Part shown: positions 28,901-43,099 of the stretch, piece by piece
Numbering within the stretch: position 1 is the first letter of the stretch
Layout of the letters: each line of letters opens with the position of its first letter
Assembly: GCA_022605425.2 (NCBI GenBank)
Contig: CM061252.1
Span: 868,001-932,000 of the forward strand
DNA from: Hamiltosporidium tvaerminnensis FI-OER-3-3
Lineage: Eukaryota > Fungi > Microsporidia
Direction of reading: 5' to 3'
Length of the DNA: 64,000 bases
Made by a program: the position numbers and the translations under genes
The notes under the pieces: model-generated
The model's database searches: none
Seen by the model: the letters and a program-made list of their open reading frames with translations, nothing else
Told to the model about the DNA's origin: nothing

Positions 28901-29849
28901 TAATTTTTGTTGTAAACAAAGATTTTTTAACTATATAAAATACTTATGAATATACAGTATTCTTAGCATAAAAATATGTTCTTTTAACTCGTTTTTTTTT
29001 CACTTAAGGTCATAAAAGATTATAAAACTTAGTAAATCTTTATAGACATAATATTTTTCCTATAAAGAGACATTTTCGCTACCTTTCTGCTTATATTAAA
29101 ATGTAATATTCTTTAAAACTTATTTTATTTTTAAATGATAATTTTCAAAGATATAATCAATCAAAAAATAGAATATAGAAAAGACATAACATACTTCACA
29201 CTAGAAACTAACTTACTTTCACAGTGTATAGTCTCTGAACTTAATTAAATATTTATAAGATAACCTACCTTATTTGTAGATTTTCTAGTAAAGTATGAAA
29301 TTTTACTACAAATCTTATTTAAGTCATATTAAATAGATATAGCATGACAATCAATTCCATGATTTAACATTAAGTAAACAAGAATGTGTACAATATGCGG
29401 AAATTGATTATTATGGTGATATGAAATTTAATTGCAAAAAATTAAGAAATTTAAAAATAATTTTGGAAATATAGTCAAAAAATGAAAAAGAGATAAAAAG
29501 TACGACTTACACAAAAGCATGAAATAGAAATAAGAAAATAGTGTACAGATATAACGTAGAATTAAAATATATTTAAAATGTAAAATGAAATAACCGATTT
29601 CTAAAAATGTTATTACCATCTAACAAAGTAATAAGAAATAATGAATATAAGAAAGTTTATTTAATGTATCAAAAATATAATTTAATATATGTTAGAATTA
29701 TTATCTTAAATATTTGCACTGATTTTGCTGCCTTTATAGTTTTTTTTTTTATTTTTCAATACTTTAACATCTTATTTATATTCTGAGTCTTTTCACCATA
29801 TATAGGGCTTTGGTAAACTTCGTGCTTGTTAGCTTAGCAACCGTTTAAA

Positions 29850-30900
29850 ATAAATTTTTAACGTAACAAGAAGGATAATCAATGAACAAAAGAAATAAAA
29901 ATACCAATCAGAAATAAATTATAGGACAAATTAATATTGGAGAAGATAAAAAACTTTTTATTTTAATATTTATGAATTCTAAATAGTAACTCTTTTTATA
30001 TTGATAAAGAAATAAAGATAATGTATTGCTCAGAGACTATTTCAGGTTTAGACAATCAAAAAACGTTAAATATAAAATGAATAGAGGATAAAGGTTAAGA
30101 AATAAAGAGAGGTATTATTTTTATATAGATTATAGGTAGGTATATTTAATTATATGTATAATAGAAACTAGTGCATGGTTGATAAATGATTAAGAGAGGG
30201 ATTTTATTATATATATGGAAATTATAAAGGTTCTGATAAGAAAGATAATAGAGATAAGATTATTTGTAATAATACTAGAGAAAAATGTTATAGCAACCAA
30301 ATATTGATCATTAAAATATATTTGGTTATTATATTCGCTGTAACTTGTTCTCAAAATAAATTATTAGCATAGGCGCCAAGTTGTTCTTATTCAGGATATT
30401 TTTAAAGGTTTACAATTGAGTTTTCTAATAAAAAAAGAACAACGAGAGGTTCATAATAAAGGAAGACATATTATATTCCGAACTTTACTCGATAAAGCAC
30501 GGCGCAATATGGTGAAATAAGATAGGTAGAACGTTCGTATCTTAACTAAATATTCTGAATAGTTATTATGGCTTAATAAAATCTTACAAGTATATATATA
30601 CCTATCTTTTTATAACAATCTATTATAGTTCAGATGGGATTTTTTAAAAAAAGATAAAAGCAATAAAAATTCTACTCAATACTTTAATCGACTATATAAT
30701 AGTATGATGTATAACGATGAAGTTACTAAAAAAAGACAGATTTACAAGGAATATATTTAGCGTTTTTTATAAGAATTGAGTATAAAATTAAGTGAAAACC
30801 CGAAATAATATATCTTATAATAGAGGGTTATTGACCAGTATTTTTATTTGATTTAACTAATTTTTATATATTCGAAGTCCTCTAATAGGAATCCTTTATA
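29850..30900 (+). mobile_element. Decayed Ty3/Gypsy RNaseH-end/integrase remnant
   Basis: KDNVLLRDYFR (~30015; cf. KxNVxADYLSR), IYLVII (~30317), VERS (~30526; cf. NGRVER), YNN (~30611), in the expected order. Confidence 0.4.
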
Positions 30901-31849
30901 TCTGTTTATGAATATTTTATTTTAGAACTAAATTAGATTTTTAAACTGAATTTTTATTATATGCGTTGTTTCTAGATTATCATTATATACTAAGAAAAAA
31001 GTAGTACTATTTGAAAACTAGCGAAAAAAGTATAAGTAAATAAAACAGAAAAAGAATCTTTATCAAGTAGCGTTTGTGCTCAGCATAAATAGCAATTTTT
31101 TATTTAACTTACTATTATCGTTAAAAATTTTTTACAATTAATTCTCTTAAGGAAATTAACTTAGAACTAGTTCATGATGCAAATAGGGTTTTAAATTTTT
31201 TATTTTTGTATAAAATTTTTGACTAAGTTAGCGGGTATTACTTCTTTTACTTTCTGTGACTTTATCAATTTAATTTTTAGATTTAATCTGAAACATAATT
31301 TTTCTAAAGATAGATGAATAAAGAAAATATATTTATGTTTTTTCTAAATTATTAAATCTTAATAAGCCTAAAAAAAGAGGTATTAAATTAGAGTGAATCG
31401 GAAATAGATTGGCAATCTTTAGAAATTTTTTAGAAGATTCATATAAAATGTAGAATCAAACTTTGGGATCACACTCACAAAACAATGGATTTCTAAATCA
31501 TACTGAAATAATGTTAATCAAGTATAGTATAAAATATATATTGATTTTTTAGTACTTTATCTTTATTTGAGAAAATATTCTATTATCAATTCATATTTTC
31601 ATTCTTTATTATGTTTTTTCGCTTCATTATATGTTTAGATGCATTATTGTCCGTATTTGTGTCATACCTGGTTTTTAGATTTAGAGAAAAATAAATTCAT
31701 ATATTTATGATCTTATAGAAGCGTTTACTTACCGAATAGACATCAAATATAGATACTCTTTATTATCTTTTACGAAAAACACAAAAACATACGTCTTACT
31801 GGATGTATTTTCGACATTCCAACCAATTGGATAAACATCTCTGTTCTAA

Positions 31850-32870
31850 ATTGCATATATTATTAGAATATAAATGCCAAGATAATAACTTAAGATTTAT
31901 ATAAATGTGTGTAATATGAGATCGCATGGGAAACCTGATCTTTGAACTCCTTATTCATTTAAAAAAAATATGTTTTAAATAGTTAAATGTGTAAAAATGA
32001 TTAACGATTGATTATTTTAAATGCTTAAATAGATATAATTTATCAAAAACTTTACTTTCCGACTCTCTTTTGTGTAAAAGTTTAAATTAAATTTGTTTGT
32101 TGCAAAATAAAGAGAAGAATTTCTTAGTTTCCTGATAATATAAATTTCTGACTGGCTTCAAACAATTCACATAGATTATAAATTTTTTTTTGACACACCG
32201 TAAGCTACAGCAGTAAATATAATTTTAGATAACTGAATACGGTTTATACATCATCTATCTATTTTTAAGGTATTTTATTAATTTTTCGTGAAATAATGTA
32301 TAAACGATATGAGAACACGATCAATATATATCGTACTTAGAAATATACGAAGAATAAAAATGCAATTTGCGATGAATTTCTTAAATTTACTCTCTTCAAA
32401 TTTTAACTATGTGCTCAAAAACATACAGAAATATTTAAAACGAAAAGAGGCACAATACTATCCTTCTATTAAATTACAATTTTTAAATTGAAAAATAATT
32501 TTTCGTTGATTATATTACTATTTAAGACATATAGTTTTAGCCTTATGAAACCTAAATAAAGAAAGCACATTGAAATTTCTCTTTAAGAAAACGATAGATA
32601 GATTATTCTGAAAACCGAAGGAACATCTATATTTTTTTCATTTATTAACATTCGCATATATAGGGCATGTTATACTTATAATGAATACATATATCAACAT
32701 CTTTTGAAATGTTTAGAAGTGCTATTGATAACAAATATAATTTTACATCTTCTTAATTATTCTAAAAATGATATAGTTTTAATACCAAGGCATATTTACT
32801 TTTAGAGGGAGATGACTAAAACAATAATCTTATTCAAAACATTACATTTTTTTTTTACTAAGAATGGTAA
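31850..32870 (+). mobile_element. Possible very old Tc1/mariner transposase relic
   Basis: AKII..EIA (~31875-31927), KMQFAMNFL (~32357; cf. RLQFA), NLIQNI (~32826; cf. DLNPIENxW), at roughly plausible spacing. Confidence 0.22.
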
Positions 32871-34005
32871 GTTTTCAATTTGTATTTGTGACTTCAACGT
32901 AGTTCAGGTTTAACATAAATAAATAAATGCTACCCGACACACCTTCAGTATTTTTACGATACCCACGTTCCCAAGCCCTTCATCTAAAAAATGTGAAGAC
33001 CTAATTAATAGACGAGGCGGTTTCTCGGTGTGCGTTAATGTCGATTTCATTATGTGTACTCACGAGCCAAGCCCATCTTTAGTTCTCCCAAGACTATGCG
33101 GCGTTTCCACTAACGCAGCGCCTACCGAATCTAATTCACGTCTGGCTAAGTTATATCTTAGAGACTTACATCTAATCTATCTAGACAGTGCGGTGTCATA
33201 CCAACAGATACAACCTGCTAGTTAGCTTTTATGGCTTTAAATAATTTTTATTTTAATATCACAGGCGCCAATCTTATAACACGAGTAAGCAAGGCCAAGG
33301 CTCAATGCTTCTTCTTTATGACAATGGCTTACAAGTTCGTCTGAGGTTCCATTCTGCCACACAAAAAACTACAAATAAATTTTTAGAAAAGTCTTACTAT
33401 TGCGTAGACTTCCTCATACAAACCTTTACGGGAAAACAGAAAATATAGTGTGCTTTAATTCCCATCCTAAATCCAAACAATGATCTTCATACCAGTTTCA
33501 CATACTCAATGCCCACCAGAAATTTTTTTTGTGGCAATCCTCCCTTCACCAAAAATTACAAATACAATTTAAATTTATTGTTTACGCTCAAAATAGAAAA
33601 AATTAAATATTTATGATTTTAGCATAGTAAAAGTAGGGTTAAATGTTTTTATAAATTTAGTAAGACGTTTTTCGAATGAATTAGAAATAAATCGAGATAT
33701 TTGAATAATGTAACCATATGATATTGACGAATAAATCGTTTTAACTGTAAAATCACTATTTAAAAACATATTTTTAAAATTTAGAATAAAAAATTGCAGA
33801 AATGTTTTAAAAATCATATTTTGAAACAAAATCTAATGAAATGAAATTTTAACTGAACTTTTACTAATTTTGGAAACAGGAAAAACAAATATTAGAGATG
33901 TTCACATGTTTTAATTATTAATTTTTTCTTTTGGTGTTAAATCAAATAAAAGATTGTGGTTAAAACAATTTAATTTCTTTACATATTTTAAAAATTTCTA
34001 TCCTT

Positions 34006-34960
34006 ATGTTTCTGATATCAAAAGATTATTTTTCATTGATGAAATTGGAATGAAGAAGTAACTCAAGAAATGTAAACAGGAAAGATGAAAAAGTGTGTAA
34101 TAGCTATAAAGGTGAGGATGTATGATGTTTATTATTTTTATTTGCATCTCAATGTATTCCCCAGAAATTAATTATCTTAAAAATAGTTTTCAGTTACAGT
34201 TCAGATATATGATTGTTAAATTATATTGTGATGCTGTTGGATATCCGGCCACAACACCGTGAAAGTTTTATGAAGCAAATGATATAAATATTGAGTTTAT
34301 TTCCGTATTATATTATTACCTAAAGCATTTTTTTATAAGAAAATTTTATCCAAAAAGTTCTTTTTATTTAATATGAACAAAGTTTTTCCTATTACCCTTG
34401 GAGAAGAAGAAAGAAGCATAGGGGAGGTTTAATACCTAAAGCATTGTTAAGTAGGTTATATTCGATGCTGAGGTTTTATGGAGAGTTTTTGGAAGACATT
34501 GAGCCATTTTGGATTGTATCTAACAGTAGACTTCTACATTTGCAATCTTAGTTACAACTGAGCACAATTTAGAAATTCTTTTCCTTGTAGAACTAGAAAG
34601 CGTGGAACGTTGTTAAGATGCAAATTCTGGTAATTTTATGTGTTACCTAATCTAATTCCGAAAAAATATTTTTTTATTGGCCTATGAGAAGGAAAAAGAC
34701 CTAAGTGGTTTTGATTGAATCAGATATGTATTTTAAGTGATGAAATCTAAATATTAAATTCAAATATTTATCTTAAAGTGAAATTAAAAATAGCTATTTG
34801 ATATATTTAGAATATCAGAATTGTTTATATCTATAAAATTACTTTGGATGAATTCCTTGTAATAACTTGAGAACAGATAGAAATGTTCGTTTGTTTTCTA
34901 AGAAATACGAATTTGTAGGAATTTAATGATTTTAAGGTATAAAAAAATAAAATGTTGTAA
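34006..34960 (+). pseudogene. Family A copy 2
   Basis: TTTCTATCCTTATGTTTCTGATATCAAAA matches 286-312. Colinear body. Confidence 0.5.
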
Positions 34961-34999
34961 AATTGGTTTATATTATCTATTATATGTCTATATTTATGT

Positions 35000-37450
35000 A
35001 AAAAAAACATTATAATTTATTTAAATCAATTTCTATACCTCCCGGTTTATTAAATACATTTCTTTGTTATTCCTTCAAATCAAATTATAAACATTTAAAT
35101 CTTTTGCAATTAGTTAATCTATATTTCTTAGTTTAATAATCAGGTTTTATTTTATAAAATTTACTTTCTAAATATAATACAATTTAAGAGAGTTACTATA
35201 TCTCATGGTGTCTTAAATTACATTTGAGATATTTTATTTATTTACAACAATAGTCTTCTATTTTGTAAGAATAAAATCGATCCTTATAATACAAGTGGGG
35301 ACAAAGTAATTCATTAATATATTTAATGACTTTCCGCTAAGGTATATCTAAAGATAGATAATACATATTCATATTAGAATATATATAGCTTAAGCATAAA
35401 CATCTTCCAACAAGAATACAACACTTTAAAGAGCCTAAATCACATTATATATCATAAAGATCACGATTGTAGTTGTAGATAAAAAGACGAATAGATGATT
35501 TAAATGAAACAAGTATTATGATACAGCTTAAGTGTGGTTGCTGGTTTTTTAAAAGGTTTTAATTATAACACAAAATAATATTTTACAAATTGTTTATGGT
35601 ATAGTTATTCACTCTGAAACTTTGCGATTATGCAAATCCGTCCTTGAATGTAATTCTTAACCATTTAGTATATAAAAGGCGTTTCTGATATTGGTAGAGT
35701 TATTTTTAAATAAATTTTAAGTAAACGAATTTACTTTGTTCGTAAATCCGATTTTGAACAAGATCGAATGAGTTCTTAGACACCCCATTTGAATCCTAAA
35801 TAATTTACACAGGCAAATAGCCTTACATACTATTTCCATGATAAAAACAAGCCTGGGTAGTTTAAAATGTATTAATTTGCTGCGAATTTTTCGGAAAATA
35901 TACAGTAGTTGATTGTGGAACTAGTGTCTTTCGTTCTACATTAAGTTAAATCTTTATAGAGTGGATCGGCTAATAGAGGTTTAAGAACAAGATAGTGCTA
36001 AGTTACGTGTAGAGAATACCGAATATAAAAAATCCAAGCATAATCATATTATTTTTTTACATTTTAAACCATCTTCTTTTTTTTATATTTAAAGTATATA
36101 ACCCATAACTAATGGTATAATATAAATCCACGAACTTAATAAATAGAAATTTTATTTAGTGAAATAGAATAGACGCCTATTTTCACAAACAAACTTAATT
36201 AATTATAATATAAGACTCATCTATAAATACATTTTGTTATCAATGTATCCTTGATTTTATTATTTCATTCATTTAAATGAATTTCTGAAAAGTTTGAAAT
36301 GAATTTCTAGCTTTACATACAAATAAGAAAAATATATATTAGTCATATATAAAAAACGAGTATTTAATTTAGTTTAAAATAAACCAAATTTATTTAAGGT
36401 TTACCTATCGCTAAAATAAAATAAAATATCTCGTAAAATATTCTATAATTCAAATATTATCTTTTATGTACGACTTCATAACCATTGTAACATTTAAAAG
36501 CATACAAAATTAAACTATTTTAGGAATAAGTTGTATAATTTTTTTTAAAAAACAGAAATGGGTTAAGAAAATTAAAATTGATATACTTAGCGTTAAAACA
36601 TCTATTTAAATTTGGTTTTATTATTCTATTACTATATAAACACATTTATGACTCAAGATATTTTATTTAGTATCAATTTTATTAAACTTCAATTCTGTAA
36701 ATCACTACCATATAATATATAATTTTTTAAAAAAAACTTAGCATTATTGATAAGAATCAATATACTTATAATAAAAACAATTTAAGTCAGTCAAATAGGG
36801 CAAATATTAAAATAAAAACCATTTTTTTATATGGATATATTAAGGTGATTTAAATATTAACACAGCTAATATAGATATATGTATATGAATAATAAATGCA
36901 TGTCTATATAAATATAGGCAATATTTAATATATTAGATTAAAAGCAATATTTTTACATTTCTCTTCTTTTCGCTTCAAAATAGCATACAAGATATTTTAA
37001 ATACTTTTTCAGATCAAGTACTTTCTCTTCCTTAGCTTTATATTCTTTTAAAGCCAAAGAAGCAATCCATATATAATAGGTGGCATTTTGCTCAATTTTC
37101 GGAAAGTACTAATATGAGGTTATTGAGAAATCAAAAGTTACTTCTGAATACCCTATATGATAAATGTCTCAATCAATATATTGAAGGCTTTTAATAACAA
37201 TTTCGGAAATTTTAATAAGGCTATATTTAGATCGAATACGACGTATTATGACCAAGATAAGAAATTATATTTATAGGATGGTGATTATAGTTTTTAATAG
37301 TTCCAATGTAATAAATAAACAAAAAAAAGACCTAATACCTTACCAGCAAAAACTTCCAATTATGGTAAATGTTATAAGTTTATTAAGGTTGGTCATTTAA
37401 AATGCTATAAGAATAAATACCATTAAAGCATATGCGTATTTTTAACGATT
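35000..37450 (-). pseudogene. Family B copy 2
   Basis: Shared block at 37348. Colinear similarity to 51720-54200. Confidence 0.6.
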
Positions 37451-39079
37451 TAAAAATAAATAAAGAATTTTTTGAAAAATTACTAAAAATAAATAGCATT
37501 TCATAATTATTCAAAAAAGTTGTAAAATTTTAAAAAAAAATTATTTTTTGAAGAAAAAAAAGCTAAACTTTTAGAAAATTATATGGGATGTGAAAAAATT
37601 GCTAAATTATAGATTTTTAAAAAACTTGATACCTAAATAAATATAAAATGAATCCATAAAAATAGTACACAATTCCAAAATTAAATGAAAAAATGTAGAA
37701 AACATAATAATTTATACATAGGTTTGAAAATATAAATAATACGCTTAAATCTATACAAAACATACAGAAAAAAATAGAACTGGCTTGAAAAAATAGTAAC
37801 TAATAATAAAAGTTGTAAAATACTAAAGCATAAAAAATTTCAGAGATTCGAAAAAACCATATAATGTTTTTTAAAAACGTTTTTTTTTTAAAATGTATAA
37901 CAAAGAAAAAACATTTCTTTAAAATGTAAAATATACACAAAATAAAAAAATGTAAACATTAGGAACTTTTATAGGATCAAATTTTCAAAAAAAGACAATT
38001 TCTAAGTAACTTTGATTTAAATATTTAAACATCCACAGATAGAATAGAGATATTTTTAAACTCAAATGTGTAATTCATCCAAAACCCTTCAGGGTTGGGG
38101 TGATCACTCTAAGAGATAATACGAATGAAATCAAATTAAAAAAAACTGTAAACTGAAAGCGAAACAAAATTAATAGCTGTTTTGATTCAGATTTATTCTC
38201 CGATCAACCTTTTTACTACACGTTTTTTACCCTAATCTACATTTTACTTCCCCCTAGGTTCCTTTCTTCCACTTTAACCTTAAAAATGTATCTCTATATA
38301 CCATACCACTACTGCAATCTGTCCCATTCAACGCAAATAAATTATTTCAGACCAAGTGTTTTATAAACATTACTCTTAAATACAGAATTTGAATACATAA
38401 TTTACATTAAAAGAAAGATTACGAAACATACTAAAAACATCTACATAACTATATAAGTTAGAGTTTTCATTAATTTTTTTGTTTTAGGTTTTAGGATTAC
38501 ATGGAAAGGCAAGTTTTATTTTCTCCGTGACAACCGATTGCAATTTACACATTAAATTTTTTTTAGTAAAACATTTTTTTTTATTTTATTCTTATTTTTA
38601 TACAAATTTATTTGCTGTAACAACTTTAGAATAAATTCTTACCAAACTGTTTTTGATTATTATATCTAAAATAATTGAATTCACCTTATTTTTCAAATTT
38701 TTGGAGTTTAGAATTATCTAACTTCACCAGAGTTATATTATTACAAAAAGAAATCTGAATATATTATTAGATAAATAATAGTATTCCACAAATCATTTTT
38801 AAATCTAAATTTGTGTCTTTTCATAGTTATAAAATCTAAGAAAAAGTAAATTTTCAAGCAAAATAAATTTAAAAGCAAAATAATTTTAATTTATAAAAAT
38901 TTTAAGTAGAAAAGGATTGGTGGCAAACATTACAATCACATTATTACTCGTGAATTATTGACGAAACCAATTTTATAAGGAAAAACAAACATGGTTTCTT
39001 ACGATAGGGTAGGAAAAAATAAAATCAACTTTTAGATAAGAGAATTATTTTTCTCAATTAATTTCTATTTTTTTTACCC

Positions 39080-39950
39080 CAAATTTTATTCAACAAGAAT
39101 AAAAAAATTAGAGAAAAAGAAAGAAAATTAGCCAAGGAAAAAAAGATTGTAGTTAGCGAAGAAAGATCTGTTCGACGAAAAAAGATTAGGAATTAAGTCA
39201 GGAGAATAAATCTGTTTTTGATGAGTAGATCGGGGCCAGCAAGTAAAAAAAAAATATTTTGGGAAAAAAGACAGTAGTTAGGGAAAAGATTCTGATTCGG
39301 AAAAAGATTTAAGATAGCGAAAAAAAGGGTTATAAAGGAAGAAAATTACGTATGGGAAAGGAGAATTAGTTATAAAAACAGGTTGGGGAATGGTGTTTAG
39401 TTAAAGTGAAAAGGTTTGCTAAAGAAATAAAGTATTGGTTTTTAAAATGTAAAAAAGACCAAGGAAAGTTAAAATCTGTAGAAAAGAATCCGTTTTTAAG
39501 AAAAAGAACCGGCAGAAAGAAAATATCTAGTTGAATCAATGGAGTCGGATAATTAATTGAATATTTGTTTTAAAGATACAAAATTTCAAAAAAGAAAGAT
39601 ATTTGAACAGAATAATTAAAAAAACTTGAGAAAAAAATAATTGTCTGAGAGGAAGAGCAAGTTTATGGCAAAAAGAAAATTAGGGCGGAAATAAATTACT
39701 TGACGAAAAAATATATTTAAAGATAAAATGATTTGGTCGTGGAAATGATGGAGCTTTTCGAGAATATATTTAAAATATAAAGAAATTTAGGGGAAAAAAT
39801 ATTCTGTTATGTAGAACAGGCGCAAGGGTAAAAAGAATCGAGGTAGGGCAATAATAATAATGTTGGAGAAAAATGTTTGGATTGGGGGACTAAAAATTAG
39901 GGTAGGGAAAACTTTTTTGGAATGTATGAAATTAATTAGTTGAGTGAAAA
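39080..39950 (+). repeat. Purine-rich degenerate ~18-21-bp repeat, probably the relic of a K/E-rich repeat protein gene
   Basis: Recurrent GAAAAAAGAT(T/C)..GTT units following TTTACCCC at ~39073. Confidence 0.4.
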
Positions 39951-40149
39951 AAATTTTTGCTATTTTTTAAAGCGTGATTGGTTTTTAGAAATATTTGATT
40001 CTGCTTATGCTCCTAAAATATTGTAGAGCAGAGCAAAAGTTTAAAGATTTTGGTTAGGGGAACTATTTTGGTCTAATTACAATTAAATTCTTTCTTTTAT
40101 TAATATTCAGCTGCTTTTTAATTTTTTTTAATTTTCATTTGGAAAATTC

Positions 40150-41600
40150 TTTTTTAAAACGTAAATATTATTGGTGCCAAAGTCCAAGAGTAGTTTTATC
40201 AGGAAAAAATTAAGAATTCTGCTAAATTCAAATTATTACGCGTAGAAAATTATTTAATATTAGGAGTTTACCGTTTTAAAATTTTAGATGAATAAACTCA
40301 ATACTTGTTTGTTTATTGTTAAAATTTTTTTTTAATTAAAAATGATTAAAGCTTTGCATTTCGAAGCTCTTTTATTTTTATATTCAAAAGAAATGTCGCT
40401 ATTTTATTCATAAGGGTTTTTAATGTAAAAACAATGTCTGGATATTTTACTTACTTGGATAAAAGTACGAAAATCATAAAAAACCTTAAAAAAAGCGATT
40501 TCAATAGAGATTTAGGCATATATTCGTTCTATTTCTACTTATTGTATATTCTTACTAAAAGAGAAACTAAAATTTTCTATGCTCGAGCCAAAAAAAAGCC
40601 ATTTTAATTTAATTTGAAAAGAATTGAAATATTTCATGCAAATCACAATAACTAGCTCAGAAAAGCAAAATTAAGAGTTAATTTATTAGAAAGTGCATAA
40701 AGCACTTAATACCATTCCAATTTAAAATTTTTGCTTCTACTGACCTGGGTGAGCGAAATACTTGAGAAATATAGTAAAGAAAATAATATTTACCTAATCT
40801 GTAGCAGTGAAATACTTGAGAAAGTTAGTTTAGAAAAACATTAAAGAAATATACGTTTCGATTAACTTTTCAATGTCTTTATATAAGTTCTGTAACATAG
40901 CTAGCAACAAAGTATGTAATACCTTTAGAAAGATGAAACGAACACATTTATTTATATAGAAATGTAAATATATAAGAATCACACATATGCAAAATATTAT
41001 AAAAGACCTATCGTTTTAGATTGTGATTGAATTAAGCACTTAAAATCATACAATCAAAATTGTAGATATTGTAAACAATAAATTACGGTTGTTCGTAAAA
41101 TGATTTAAGATTTTTCTGAATAGTATTTTGATATAATTTTATTGTAGTGGGTAAATATTTCCAAACGACTTTTCTAACTAAATAGGCAGTGTTGTCCTAG
41201 TATTTGGCTCATTGCTTTAAAGTTCTTGTAAATACAATTGATGTTGTTGGTAGGCGTATCTTAGCATTATAGAGTGATTAAAATCATTCATTTCGAATTC
41301 TTTGATTTGTAAACAAAATCGATTGTTGTTCAGGGCATCTATATTAGAGCAAGTATATAATTATGTAAATACCTTGCATAAGTCTTTCTATAATCCAGCA
41401 ATTAAGATATAAACAGATACAGCAAATATAGCTGCAAATATTAAAGAGAATGGATATCTGTGAACGGTGACATTTGGTATATTTGGCTTCCACTTCAGTA
41501 CAGTCATAGCTCTTGTAGTTTAAAGGATGGAGAGCTTTTCCTATAGAGCATCCGATATTTCAAACATATTCTTGAAGCTAATCTGTAGAAGATGCTACAA
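40150..41600 (-). mobile_element. Possible decayed, internally deleted non-LTR RT fragment
   Basis: Minus-strand KGITYFV and MLQNLYK at ~40880-40925 (cf. GLTYLIPK...MSNLYK) and ALSNKL at ~40690 (cf. PLSRKLN). Confidence 0.35.
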
Positions 41601-42106
41601 AATGAAAAACCCTTGCCTATTTATACTTTATAATTTTTTTACAATCAATGTCACTTAGAATCAAAATTCATTTAATTCGTTCAGTATCTTGATAGATATT
41701 CTTCCAAAACAATCTATCTAATTACAATATGAGTTAGCTCAAGTCACAATTGTTAATTATACCATCCAATGTTTACCCTTCTAAACCATTTTAATGTATA
41801 ACAATACTTATTTAAATAATGTTCTTGGCTTCTTTTAAATCATACTAAGATATTTTTATTAGTATATCCCTACATATATAATTTTCTTCAGATTCTATTT
41901 CATATCTGAATTTATAACTTGCATAAATTTAAATAAAAAAGAAAGAAATTATAAAAATAGCTGTAAAATGAATTAATTTCAAACAATGTATTATCTAAAA
42001 AAAATTTATTGTTTAATACGTATATAGATATATTTAAAATAATTGCTACATGGAATCTTCTAAATTAGTAATAATAATTTAAAAAAAATTAAAATATTTA
42101 TTTGTT

Positions 42107-42115
42107 AAGATGCAT
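42107..42115 (+). repeat. Left copy of putative 9-bp target-site duplication AAGATGCAT
   Basis: Identical 9-mer at the right boundary (45925-45933). Both copies sit at the AT/GC composition change. Confidence 0.75.
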
Positions 42116-43099
42116 GGGTAGAAAGAAAAATGTTAGCAGCGAAATATCGAAAAATACCAAAATAAAGGCTGCAAACGACGCTGATGAGGTGAAAAAGAGT
42201 GATAGTGAGATACAAAAATGTAAGCTACACCCACCGGCGATTCCCCTACCTTCCTCCTCCTACACAACAATAACACCTCCACCACCAAGCCAAACATGCA
42301 GTAAAATGCAAAATAGTGGGCTTGACACCTTACCTTCGCCTAATGCACCAGTTCCCTCTTCGGTTGAAGTCTCTGCGTGCGAGCCATCGTACGACATGAC
42401 AAGCCCCTGTACTCTAGCTATTCCGGAAGGTAACAGGCTAATGACATTGCGGACGATATTCGATTCCGTAACAGCCGACCCGAAGGAATGGCCTCGAATT
42501 GTTTTTTTTGCAGTACAGACAAGGTTTGAAAGAATGCCAAGAAATGGCTGGACAGAGCTTCACAGGTACTATAATGAGAAATTCGGCTGCACTGAAACTC
42601 TCGAAGTGTTAAAAAAATTGGCACAAAGTGAGATGGGAAAGGATGTAAAATCAGAAGAGAATGGAGAGCGACGTAGAATCGCCACTTGTCTCGCTGATAC
42701 ATGCACCTTGACCGACACCACGGAGTACATAAACCTGAGAGATAAATTCTTGAGTAAAATCAAAGAAATCTCATGAGAAGGAAATTGGAAAAGTGGTGGT
42801 CCGAACTAGAAAACATCCAAATGAATTGGTTGATAGTAAAGTTCTGGATCTCATTAATCGAGTAGTCGGTGAATATGCAGGAGCTCATGTACCTGAGTCA
42901 ATTACGGAAGCCGCGTATATCATGCAAGCTGCGCAGGTATGCTATGACGAGGCAACACGTAAAGAGAAGCCTAGATCCGCTTGGAAGGAAAACATAGAAA
43001 GTAAAATTTCTAAGTTAGTACTTTCCAAAGATCTTCCTCGAGAAGGCTCGTAAGCAGGAAAAGCTCTCCACTTCGGAAACGAAGAGCCTTAAGAAAATC

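Larger units (their letters stand above)
32900..37450. repeat. Segmental duplication, copy 1 (minus-strand relic + family A + family B)
   Basis: Colinear with 49650-54200 at an offset of about 16.75 kb (34006/50772; 37348/54084), including spacer sequence. Confidence 0.85.

Noticed and set aside
38083-38096. AACCC-TTCA-GGGTT hairpin as an ncRNA or terminator
   Set aside because: Only a 5-bp stem, with no tRNA, snRNA or rRNA context.
40762-40822. 15-bp direct repeat GAAATACTTGAGAAA as a TSD or LTR end
   Set aside because: The copies are only ~47 bp apart, so it is best explained as a local tandem duplication.
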